64,000 nt of DNA from Chlorokybus atmophyticus. Taxonomy: Eukaryota; Plantae; Mesostigma and Chlorokybus algae. The stretch is taken from positions 429,210-493,209 of the forward strand of contig RHPI01000026.1 of the NCBI GenBank assembly GCA_009103225.1. The letters run 5' to 3'. The position numbers and the translations under genes are program-made. Below the pieces are notes generated by a model. The model was not told where the DNA came from and searched no databases. It saw only the letters and a program-made list of their open reading frames with translations. Below, in pieces: positions 12,701 to 24,702 of this stretch (positions are counted from its first letter, which is position 1; each line of letters opens with the position of its first letter).

Positions 12701-13151
12701 TGTACATCAAATGCAAGACATGCATGTGCATGCACAACGTGTAGTCAAGTCAGCACGCAGCAACACATGCAAGGTACATCAAATGAAATTCAGTTAACCA
12801 CCGGGCTACTACTAGCACGCTAATCTACCGCCTCTACCCCGTTAGACATGCAGCAGTCAACATGCTGTTGGTAATCACCTGCCCACATGGGCGTTGGTCA
12901 GTTGTTGGCGCTTTCGGTCACGCAGAGAGCATGCACATTGGCGACCAGGACTCCCCCTCCCTCTCTCCCTGGCTCCGCCTCCTTCCTCGCCCATTGCTAG
13001 CGACGCAGCAGGGTTTGCTGGGTTGTGTCATAGCTGCGTTGCACTGCCAACGTCAGCAGTGCCTGGTCCAGTGCCCTCCGCACAGGTTGTGCTGTGTTCG
13101 GTTTGGGTGCTGGGCTGATTAGGTGCTGGTTGGGGTTGGGTGGTGGGGTTG
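12701..13151. repeat. Pseudo-LTR copy 2 (5' repeat relative to the minus-strand element)
   Basis: Direct repeat of 9089-9539 (offset 3612), starting TGTACATCAAATG and ending GGTGGGGTTG. Confidence 0.95.
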
Positions 13152-15632
13152 TGCTGCCGAGTGTGACTGCTGCACGTGGTTGCTGCCAAATCTTCTGTGC
13201 GTTGTTGCCATCAGCTCTAATGGTAGTGCAAGCGTATGTCAGTGTGTTGCTGCATGTGTAGACAGTAGTGGTTGTTGCCAAGCTGCTTTGATGTAGATTG
13301 CACAAAATGTCCAAGACACAACACATATTGCACACATTCCGTTGACGTTCTTTTATACACACGAGCACACCAGCAGGCTGGTCAAAGCATCAGGCAACAT
13401 GCGACCAAATCGCTTGCATTGTATCAACAAAAGCCCCCTTGGAATTGTTGTCCTATGGATGAATTGCGGGGAAGATCGGTTGTTTTGATAGTCGAACACG
13501 CAATCCAACTGCGTGCATGTACGTTCATTGGATGCAATTTTAACAATTCAATGGGAAATCCCAAATCCAATCGCACACGGTTGAACCTTCGACATATATT
13601 ACCCTGATCCAATTGTGAAATATGTTACTAGATGATTGCACTTTGCTGGTTTTGACTACGCTGCCTCTCTCTAGCTTTGAGAGAGATTTTCATAAAGAAG
13701 AATATGTTGATAAAGAAACAGATATGTGATTGTAATCAATTTGATAATGCCAAGTTAATTAGTGCAATGCAAGGGATGCTGGCGGTTTAACAATCATCAA
13801 CATGTAGTGCACATAACTTGTCGAAATACCTTTAACATGGAATGTCTTTTTAATCTGCATGATCTTCGTATGGTCATATTGTTAAAGTGTTGTATGTTTG
13901 TACAACTCAACGCATGTTTATACAGCTTAAGCAATTCCTTCAAGTTGTAGAACATGCTTGAGTTGTATGCATGTTTGTAACATATATATGGGATGGAGTG
14001 CGTATGAGATGTGGAACTCCATGTACTACAACAACTTTTGCTACCTAGCTTAATAGTTAAGACATGATGTTAAAATATTGTTACAACATATATTACACAT
14101 TATGCACATTGAATGTGTGTCTATGCTACTTGTCTTGCATTGCCGCAAATCGTTTTGCTGACATTAGTTCAATATCAATTCGAATTATATATTATGAATG
14201 TTGAACGTTCATGACATGTAAGATCTTGCAATTGCACCATTTCTGTACACTTTACGTATCGCTCATTGTTTTGTGTAAATCATGCTACATTATTATTTCG
14301 TAGTTTACTACATAGTATGTATCAACTTGTAACAGTCATTGCCGTAGATAGATATAAATGTACTAATACGTGTTACTTATGTTTACAAATACAATTTGTT
14401 GCCATTGAGATTTAGCCTGCTGCTATAGGTCTATAGTCCGCTTCACATGCCTTTTCTTACCTTGCTTTGCCTCTGCTTGCTCCTGCCCATATTGCATGCA
14501 CAGATTCAGAGCATGTAGCTAGCCAATGCCGCTACTGCTTGCAATTGATAAGCCTTGTGTTTGAGTTGTTATGCCATTGCCTTATAATTGGTGTTCTTGC
14601 ATGTCAATTGCATGTGTCTTGACCTAAATATGTGATGCACATCACGCATGTACAATTGCAAGTATAACCCCAGTGTGTACATGTCCAAGGTGTTGCTTCT
14701 AAGCGTTACAGCAGATGTAGGCCTACAACAAAGTTTTATGCTGGAGGCTACACTGTTGAGCCAAGTACACAATTGTATACAAAATTGAGCCACGTACAAT
14801 GTTGACTAAGCCTACCATTTTCAAAACTGGTTGCAACACTGTCCTTTAACCAGTAATGGTACGCATGTTGCAAGCCTCCGATGATTGTCTCAACAGATGG
14901 TACGTTTTCGTTGAGATTGACGAACTTGCAACAATACGACAAGCAATGCGTGCAATCCACCTACAGCTCTAGGCCGGACGTCCACGTGGCGGCGCTCGCA
15001 TGCCAGCCTGCCTGTGGGGATCAAGAGAGGCAAGCAGGCGGCCATAGAGACTGTTCGCAGACTAGACGCCTCTTCTCGTGGCTGCTGTGGCATAGTTGAT
15101 CTGAGCAGAGCGCAATTCGCAACTACTGTGTTGTTCGCTTGTCAATTCTAAGCTGCAGCTGATGGGTAGCAAGCTGGGAAGGCGCTGTGTGTGTAAATCC
15201 GAGGGCTCGACTGCGCTGAGCGTATGGGGAGAGACATGCTGCAGCCTCGGTGCTAGGGTTTTGGCTTTCGTGTGATGGGTGCTAGCTTTTGCTGGTAGTT
15301 TGTTGTTGCGGCAAGTCTCTACCTGCATGAGGCGGCTCAGGGCAGGCGTGGGGGCGGCAGAGACAACATGCAGCAGGTTTCTGGGCAGCGCTTCCTGGAG
15401 ATGGTCACCAGCTTCATTGACAAGCATGGTCAGTGTGCTGTCGTGCTTCGTCCTGCGATCAGATGGGTACAAGTGACTGAATCACAGTAGAATTAGAATT
15501 TAGCTCAGATTTGGGCCGCATTGGCTTCGCCGCTGTTGAGTCAAGTGTAATCAGGGCCGGAATGGACAGGGATCAGGGCATGCAACTCGCACTCCACATT
15601 TGTTTCAGACACACTCACGTGTTTGTTTCACC

Positions 15633-18600
15633 AGAATTGCGGAGCATTTGCAAAGGTTTCTCGCTGAGCCAGTGTACATAGGCAATGTTTGCAGCAAACT
15701 TTGCACTGGCACTGTACTGTTTGCAAACATTGCAGTGAACACTTCCTTTAAATCTGCAATCACCAATGAAAACGATGCTCATTGGCAAGCGTGTTAGCAT
15801 CACGTAACTTGTTCACAGCTTTCCACATGCTGTGTGGACTCCAGCGCATTGCACTTCAGTCAATGTGAGGTTGAACGATCAAGTCCACACAGGTGACTCG
15901 GTTTTGGACGGGACACGCACGCTGAAGCTGAACCCAAAAGGCATCGAGTATCTTTCAGTGCGGATATCGCATCTAGAAGAGCTTGACACACTCAAAGGTA
16001 GCCAGCCTACCGCTACTTGTGCTGTAGTCGGCAGCTTGATGAGAGCAGCAAAGCAACAGGTGTTGTCTTGCAGAGTATGCTCCTGTCGATTACTTGCGAG
16101 CTTACGTGTCTGATCTTGGCGACCATCGCAAGCTGGACAATCTGCGCCGCTTTCTGGCACAGATTAACTCGTTGAAGGTGACTGAGCAGTGCAGGAACCA
16201 CCTGACAGCAAGCATGCGTGCAAGTGTTGTGTCGTGTGTAAGAATCACTGTTGTGCAGTACTTCAGCTTTATAATGCATTTTGCGATGGTGCAGCTGGCA
16301 TCCTCCATAGCGCAAGGACGCGATCCGACTAGGATCAACCTGACCCTGTTCAAGAACCTGACAAGTCTGGAGGTGTGCATTACTTTGCACCACCTCCTCC
16401 AGCATGCATGTCGAGTTTCTGCTTTGCATATACGCGGGACAGTCTGGCCTGTTGCAAGCCTTCCGTGTCAACTTGCGTTGACAAGAGCATGCTGTTACAG
16501 CGCGTTCATGCTTCCCACCAATGCGTCAATTGCAGATTTCAAAGTGCAACTTGTCAGCGGCAGCGCCGAAGGGTCTGTTAGAGCTGCGACCGCAGATCAC
16601 AAAGCTCGCAGTCTATGATTCTGCAGTAAGCAGTATGTTGCACGTTTGATGCCTGCCATGCATGCGCGGCAGTGAGTTGAGTTGTGCTGAGCTGTGTGTA
16701 TACTGCGCATGTTGTCTCGTCAGTCCACATTGAGGGACATCTTCTCGGGGGGAGCATTGGATGTTGCCGATCAGGCTCCGTGGCCGAAGCTCAAGACGGT
16801 GTCTTGTCGGCACAATGGCATCCTTGTCATGGATGATTCGCTGGTGACTGTGATGATACATCCCTGCATTGGAATTGCTGCACACAGTTGCTCATTTGGT
16901 CATGCATGCTTGCATGCTCTTGTTCTTACAAGGATGCTCATGTTGTGTGCATAGACGCTTCTGCCGGCTGTGGAGATGTTGGACTTGAGCAAAAATGCCT
17001 TCCACTCTATAGAGCGGTTGCAGAAGTGTGTCATGTAAGTGTTGTCGCCTGTTGATTTGTCACCACTCTGAGGTCAAGTTCTTCCTGCACGGCAACCAGC
17101 CGCAGTTGCTATGTGTGCGTGTTGTGTGAGTAGCATGTTTGCAGGCTTACCTTCGTGGATCTGGGCTTCAACAAAATCACGTCCACTTTTGGTATAAACC
17201 AGGTAGGCTCTTTACATTGCCCATGCTCTCCAAACTTTGTCGCCAAACGTAATGGAGCTGTTATTGAGTCCATGCCTCTGCCCCCTGGCAGGTCCTTGGC
17301 AACATCAAAGTGCTGGTGCTGAGGCACAACGCCATCTCAAGTACTGCCGGGCTGGACAAGCTGTACTCATTAGAGGTACGTTGGAGGTATTTTTGCATCA
17401 ATTAAGGCAACACATGCATGCCATGTAATCGATCAGCATTGTGTATGTGCGTATTTGTAGGGTTTAGACCTCGCGCACAATGTGCTCAGCAACCTGGAGG
17501 AGGTCCGGCGGCTGGCGTCTTTGCCGTGCTTGGGGGCTCTCTGGCTGGAGGGCAATCCCGTCAGCTTTCTGGAGGACTACCGCGTCCTCACGCTTGCTCT
17601 CTTCCCAGAAGAGAACCAAGTAAGACAAAGACAGCTCGATAACATCATGCATGCAGAGACTCACTGCATGACCTCTGACAGTTGAAGTTGGATGGCAAAG
17701 CTGTCACTCCCAAAGAGCACAAGGCTGTTCAGAAGCTGCTTGCAGAGGAGGTGAAGAGGGTCCCGCAGTTTCCTCAAACCGTGCCGGCGGTGTCCCCCCG
17801 CTCGGGCTCGGATGAACGGCCGGCGACAATGCCCTCCTCAGCGGGAAGCAGCCACCCGCCGTCGCCATCGGGACTCGCTGTGGCGCCGGAGGACGGTTTC
17901 AGCGACCTGCGAGCAGCAGCTGAGAGGGTGCTGTCACAACGCAAGGTGCGGTTGATGATGTTCAGCGTAGTGTGCACACTGTGTAGCGCGGGACTTCATG
18001 TATGCTGAAACATTGTCTGCAGAGGAAGCCTGTGAGGCGGGTAGCTGACATTGCAGATGACTTGTCAACGCTTGATGTTGGGGCGTCTGCTAGTTGTGGC
18101 GTAGAACCCTTAACGGGCCCCAGCACATTAGCAGGTATGATTGGATGCTGTTGCATGCGGGCTGGACGGGTAACGATAACTATTTGTACATTGCCACAGT
18201 ATGTTGCGCATGTTGGTGACATTCATCAGTGTGCGTGTTTTTTCACAGAAGCAGTTGAGAGTGCACGTGGAGGCGTGGCAAGCACCTCAGGCGCAAGCAA
18301 TGAGCCGCGGTTGTCGCCGTCCGCGGCCATGAAGAAGAAAGAGTGGGAGGAGCTGCGCAGTCGGGTTGATCAATTCGAGAAGGAGGGTGGCCACGCGTGG
18401 CTGTTGATACTGAACGAGTATCTTGAGGGCTATGGGCCCAACGACAACAGCAACAACATGAACGGCAGCAGCAACAGCAACAACAACAGGGACAGTCCTG
18501 GCGCAGTGAGTGGTATGGCCCCATCTGCGAGCAGTGGTCGCACGACTCTGCAAAGAGGTGATAGTCAGAAAGGTCTTCGCCCGCTGGAACGAAGCGACTC

Positions 18601-20428
18601 ACTTACTAGCACGGATAGTGAAGATGGCAGCGAACAGACCACACCTCTCCCCAGCACGGACACCAAAGCAGAAGACCATGCTAACGGTGAAGCTTTACCA
18701 CTGTTTCCTGCAATGTCTGGCTGCAAGGATCGTTGGTTGTTTTGCATGTACAGCATGTTGCCCAATTGTGCAAATTTGCAAATGGCACTTTTATCTTATG
18801 TGCAGCACGCATGCACATGTGCATGCGTGCTGCACATAAGATAAAGAAGTATTGGTTCTCATTGGGCAGATGAGAATTTGCTTGGGAGAGAAAGCAGCAT
18901 TGAAACAGCGCGAGGGAATGTGGAGGAAGTGGAGGAGGCCACTAGCAGCGACAAGGCTGTTGCAGCAGCAGACATGGATCCGGACTCCGTTGAGGGTTTG
19001 TTCCGCTCCTATGTGCGGGATTTTGGAAGCTCAGAGTCTTGCGTGGCGTACTTCCGTGTAGACTGCTTGAAGCTGTTCGCCACCTCCGAGAAGGAAAGGC
19101 CCATTGTTCTGCTTTTCAGCGAGCAGAAGATGTATCTGCTTGAAGAACGCAACTCAGGGGTATGTCTCTGGTCATGTGGGTCATGTGGTGTAGAGCTGCC
19201 CACAAGTTGGGTTAATCAACCACTCTGATGAGCTCTGTCTCTCTTCTGAGCTATTCATCTGTTATACAAATCTTGTTTAGGACGAACCGGAAACGGAGGA
19301 TGACGATTTGCCGAAGCTGAGACTGTTGTACAGCCACGTGCTAAGCGAGATTACTGAAGTGGTCATAGGCATGCGGATGCAGTTGCTGCGGTTGGATGCA
19401 GGACCTGTGGCGTCGTACCTGCTTGTAACACGGAGTTCGGGTTTGGGCGCCGACATTGTTGATCACCTCAGTATGCTCTCTCCCCAGCCCGCAAAGCCCG
19501 CGAAGCCCGCAAATGCACCCGGCATTGCATTCAAGAGTTGCGAAGCAGACCAGATGCGGTGCCTTGAGAAGCAGGTGAGGTCAAGCTGTCGCGACTTGGA
19601 TACTAGTCTTGGTATACGCGGTTGCCACCACCATGGTGGCAGTACGTATAGCATCACAAGTGGACGTGTGCCTCGTTGGCAGGGTGACTCCTGACCATAT
19701 GTCTTGCATTAAGCAGTGTTGTATTGTACTTACACTGTGATATCAACTCACACATTGTGGTGCACTTATGGCCAGATTTTAACTTGCATGCACTACCGCC
19801 AGGTGTTCGGTGGTCAGCCACCAAGCGTGCAAGTGTATGTAATGCTGCACCAGCGCATCACTCCTGGGGGCCCCTGGGAGCCGCGCACGCTGGTGCTCAC
19901 GCAGCACAGTGTAGTGCTCTGCCGCGAAAACTACCGGCAGCTGCCATCCATCACCTCACAAGTAAGAGTCATCTTGCACACAGCGAAGATGCTCAGAGCA
20001 TACCCTTGTGCTTGGCGCTCAAGCCACTGGATTCCTTATGTGTCTTTACAAGTGTTGTCACACACAACCATTATATGGACGTTGTCTCTTATTAGCTGCA
20101 CTTGATCTGGCTACAACTCTTGGTGTTGTGCTTGCAGGCAGCAGGTGGTGCAGGGGTGGGAACGCTGCCATATTACAGCCCAGTGGGGGTGAAGCACATA
20201 CAGGACATATCACGTGTGGTGTTGGGGCCGGAGAGTTCGGGCGAGTTGCTACTGGCGTTCTCGGAGAACGTCGTCGATGCGCGGCTGCCCGCAAGTGCTA
20301 GGCGGATGCAGTCGTGGGAGCTGCGGTCGTGCAGCGGGGAGGCGCAGCACAAGCTCGTGCCGTTGCTGCGGGCAGCGTGGCAGCAGCTGCGCGACCCCGA
20401 GGAGCTGCCCATTGAGCAGCGGACTTGA
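15633..20428 (+). CDS. STK11-interacting-protein-like LRR protein (plant At3g17920-type), many exons; true start not resolved
   Basis: Exons give DSVLDGTRTLKLNPKGIEYL, YLRAYVSDLGDHRKLDNLRR, RDPT, LKTVSCRHNGILVMDDSL, LRR repeats (LDLSKN, LDLGFN, LWLEGNP) and a C-terminal PH-like region; family recognised from recalled sequence. Confidence 0.8.
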
Positions 20429-21882
20429 ATGACGTGTCCTATGGTTGGTGCACGCGTGTGTTGGTGCCGTTGGCTGCTCGAGCACTTGTACTGCCTGCTG
20501 TTATAGGAGATGATTGGTGTGCGCTATCACCGGTGATCATCTGGTTTGATTGTGCGCTTCAACTGCCAATGTTGCTTTGTGTTTGTGCGCACCCCTACAG
20601 TCACTCAGGCATCATTGCCGCCACTTGCACAAGCATGACGTTGGTCTGTTCCACATTGAGGCTACTGAAAGGAAATAGCTTGCGCCTTCTGCTGAAAACC
20701 CTGTTAATCTCTTTGGCAAACTTTTGAGCCCGTTACTTGCCTACCAGCAACGCTGCGGTGAGTCTGTGCAAAAGCTATACCACAGGATGTTTATAAAGCT
20801 GCACTCCCCAAATGCCAAAAAGATTGCACGTGCATGACACATGTGCACAGCGCATTTGGCATTGAGTTAAAAGACTGTCATTGAGCCATGCATCAAACAA
20901 TGCACCAAAAGACTGCATAGTAAGGTGTGTTTCGGACTTTGAGACGATTATTTGTCATTGACTGTACTCAAACGACAGCTTCAATCTGTTGACGAAGGTA
21001 ATGTATCCCTTGTATTTATCTAATACCCTGTGTCACACATGCGCAACCATGCTGATGCATTTGCACACCCAAACCAAGCCAGCAAACCAGCAACACAATA
21101 TATAACTGTATGCACCAAAGGGCTGGCTAAGGGCCTGATGCAAAGTGAGTGCAAGCAGCAGCATTAGGGGCGGCGTCGGCTGATTGACCACGACGACGAC
21201 GACACGGCAGCAGGACATGTGTTGACGATGGGATTGTATCTCATGATGTGCAATTGCTTAGCACGAGCAAGCTTTATGTAGCTGCTCGACAATGGCGTCG
21301 TGCACAGAGCCAGCCAACATTACCAAAACTTGTATTACGCTCAAAAGATGCAAGATGCAATGGGGGCAGTGCACGCATACGCAAGCGACCACGAGCTCAA
21401 TCAACAAGGCAAGAACTATAAATTTAGGGGGGCCTAGAGCAGCGCTCAACAACAGCAACTAGCTAGGTAGACCAACACCAACACAAGCAGGGAGGGCAGT
21501 GCAGGGCAAGGCAGGGTAAGGTATGACTGGAGGCACCCCCTGCGCAGCAGAGGCGTAGGCGTCAGGTCCTTGGCACGGGAGGAGCAGCAATAGACGACGA
21601 CTAGGACTTGGACGACGACTGACTGGGCCCCGCCGCACCCGTTCGCCCTCGGGGATTTAGCCCTAAGCAACAACCAGTCACACTGCCTGCAGGCAATTGT
21701 TAGTCCCGTTAAGATAGTAAGTAGCCGTTAGGCCCACATGCAGCAGCCCCCACCACAGGCAACAAGCATAACTAGCAGCAACAGCTTGACCAACAACCAG
21801 CATCACTCACTGTGGGACAATGACTTGTATGCGGGCAGGAACCCTGCTCCCCGCAAGTGCTTGCCTCACTCTCACCTGCAAC

Positions 21883-23500
21883 TCACCTGTTTGTCGTTGT
21901 GTGGTTGTCCACTTGCCTCTTAGTCCAGTGGTAGAGGTGGTTGTATGTGACACCATACACCACTCCTTGCTGCCTGGCCATCCATCTGCACAACACTGAC
22001 AGTATTACTGCTTTGTCATACCCCTCCGCACACATGTTCGTCAAGAGTGTCACCATGTCCTGCACGCAGTGAGCCGTGTATGTTAACAATTTCACAGAGC
22101 GAATGCATTGTAAGATTACCACCCTGTGCTTAGCACTCTTAGCGATGTGCTTGCTTGCAGGATGTGGAGCTCTTCTGCGAGGTATACCCGTTAACTGTGG
22201 CAGCATGAACTTACTATGCACTCTAGTGCACAGTCCCACATCGTTGGTCTGGAACAGAGTAACATCCAGAAATGGGACTGTTGTCCCTGCAGCAGACTCT
22301 GTCAATGTCAGTATATGCTGGGGGTAAATACCCCCAGCCAAAGCATGTGGAGACTGATACATGAAATGTGCAAAATCCTTGACATCCACCACCAAGAGAT
22401 CATCCACATACCTCACCACGCCAGATACTGTCTTGGCTAGGAGGGCCGGTTGGTTCAGAGCCCTAAGCGTTCGTACAAACCTGAGCTCAATGTATCCCAA
22501 AAGATAGTTAGCCAGATACACCCCGGCGTTGTTGCCCATGGGAATGCCTATGGCTTGCTGTCGGATCTCATCTGAAGCGGTTTGCACATGCAAGTTAGCC
22601 ACCAAGTAGGATAGCATCGCATGCAGTGTGCTCTGAGTAAACAAACAAACGCGTCTAGCCTTCCCGCAAGTTAGCCCTGTTTGGTCCACACTCTCATACA
22701 TGGCTTGTGTCACCATCATGGAACGTGACGTATAGAGTGTCTGCTCTGTTGTGGTGTCGGCGTGCACAAAGATCTCCGCTATCAGCTGCTGCATGCCTGC
22801 CTGCCCCTCATTGTCTCATGGCGAGTATTAGTGTACAAAGTGGTAACGTTATACGTGCGCGACAGCATGTGGTGTTGCTTATCTGTGTTGTGGACCGTGT
22901 GGTGTTGTGATGCTGCAACACGTCCACGACCCCCATGGAATCCTTTAAGACCCAACTACGGTGCACGCCAGGTACCTGCACAACCTCCGACCAGAGCAAG
23001 TTGGAAGTTGGCATCAGCGCTGCGACTTGTACGCTCTAGTGAGGCACGCACCAACAGATGTTAGTGAAGTGTTACAAGCCGCAGCGATGAAGCGCGGCTT
23101 TGGTGGATCCTTGTGGAGCTTAAGTGTCGGGTAGAGGTGTGGCAGTTTGTCACGCGCAGCTGGCACCACATGATATGCGTTCTGCCTGTGAACTCTGCAT
23201 GCGGTTGCAATATAGCGGACTTGCTCTAGTCCACTAAGGTGTTAGTTGCCAACTCAGCATTGGACAACGACAAGTATTACCACTTGCAGATCAGTGCAAA
23301 GACCCCACTGCATTTATCTACTTCCGTAAAGATAAACCCATCATGGAATTCTCTCACCCAGCGTCGGTTAGAGGCAGAGTGAGTTGGGGCTGGCTGCGGT
23401 GGGATGTCCACCAAGGTGTTGGCCGTGTGCATGAGAGCAGACACGACCGCTGAACCCCAGTCACTGAACAGTCCATCCTGCCTTGTATCCACCAAACATT
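21883..23500 (-). mobile_element. Second, 5'-truncated and degenerate Penelope-like RT copy (divergent subfamily)
   Basis: TEVDKCSG (about 23.3 kb), LPHLYPTLKLHKDPPKPRFIAAA (about 23.1 kb), RTYNVTTLYT, GIPMGNNAG and VRYVDDLL are collinear with the 9.5-12.5 kb element; stops and frameshifts upstream of 22794; no GIY-YIG seen. Confidence 0.88.
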
Positions 23501-24702
23501 ATTGCATGAAACAACACCTTCCAATGAAGTGAAGGCAGGTGAAGTGTGTGACGGTGTGAAATGCTAGTTGTGTGTGCTTGTGGGATGATGGTGATGGTCA
23601 TTGTGCATGAGAATATCCCTCGCGCATTATGTGTGCATTGTATGAGGAGAGTGCATAACTACCAGATCTGTCTTACACCCTACTATTGCGGACTCTACTC
23701 TTGCATTGCCTGATACGATAAGCTTAAACCAAACTTTACATCTCAATCCATGAATGCCATGCATATGTGTCCTGCACATACCATCATTTGGGTTTTAGGG
23801 AGTGCAACCTTAGCGGCATTCTATGGTGCATTTTCCGCACAGGTTCCTCACAGCTTTGTTGCGGTCTTGAAGCACCGGCTAGAAGTTCCTTGAGATCATC
23901 ATAAGAGGTTTTATGTAGCGGGGCCAAGCGCCTTCTCAAACGGATCCTCACAACATGTAGCTTTTGATTTGATTCTAATGGCTGCATAAAATGAGGCCCC
24001 ACGCGTCAAGAACTTGTGTGCTGTGGTGTACAAAAGGTATATATGCTGTCGTGAGCTGTAGTTAATCAAGACGGACGCGCTGGTTTGTCATGTATTTCAT
24101 GAACAAGCTCAAGGTTGCGCACCTGTTGCGCATCATCATGCGCATGCGCTGGGGCGGGTACAACCATGCAGGTGCGCATGATGCCAGATCCAGCGGAATT
24201 GCAGTACTTGTAAATATTTTCTAGATAGTGCGCTGGTCTCTCCCCAGCTGGAGCAGCAGCAGCGCCGATTGCAGTTTGCCCGAGTAAGCACGAAATACAA
24301 CATGACAATAAAGCGCACTCACTGAACAAGTCCTGCCAGACGAAGGGGAAGGGGAGGGGAGCGCAAGTAGGGTGCCGTGCATCCAGCTGGTGGCAGGATC
24401 TACGGGACACCCGCAAACGTACACACAACTACTCTTGCAGATTGATTTTGTTGGCAACCTAACCTAAGAATCGTGGCATTGCCAGTGAAACGAATCTTAG
24501 CTACCTAAACATATCCCTAGCCTAGAGAAATCAGGAGCGCGGGGCGGGGTGGGGGAACTGGTGCACTTCGATCGCATCGCCATCTATGTGCACATGCAAC
24601 ACCAAAGGCCCAAATCCACAATGGTTCCTACATGATACAGCTGCACACTGCATTGCTGCACTAACCAGAGCTGCCGCAAAGCAAAATAATAACCCACGCA
24701 GT

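Larger units (their letters stand above)
9089..13151 (-). mobile_element. Penelope-like retroelement (Chlamys/Naiad type: N-terminal GIY-YIG endonuclease followed by RT) with direct pseudo-LTRs; this copy is disrupted
   Basis: ORF 12539-10377: IYAIYLL..CYVGMT (GIY-YIG), CTC..GHVVTCD..RGTKFR linker, TEVDKCNG, KLHK..PRFI, QTFDFTTLYTSI. Continues in 10363-9572 with GVPMG and LRYIDDL. Flanked by 451-bp direct repeats. Confidence 0.92.

Noticed and set aside
14850-15475. Possible separate minus-strand gene upstream of the LRR gene
   Set aside because: ORFs show no recognisable domain and I could not build a consistent exon chain
15490-15560. tRNA-like start TTTAGCTCAGATTTGG
   Set aside because: No T-loop (GTTCRA) or cloverleaf follows
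19224-19255. CTGATGAG followed by a stem (hammerhead-like)
   Set aside because: The stem is followed by ATTC rather than GAAA; intronic chance match
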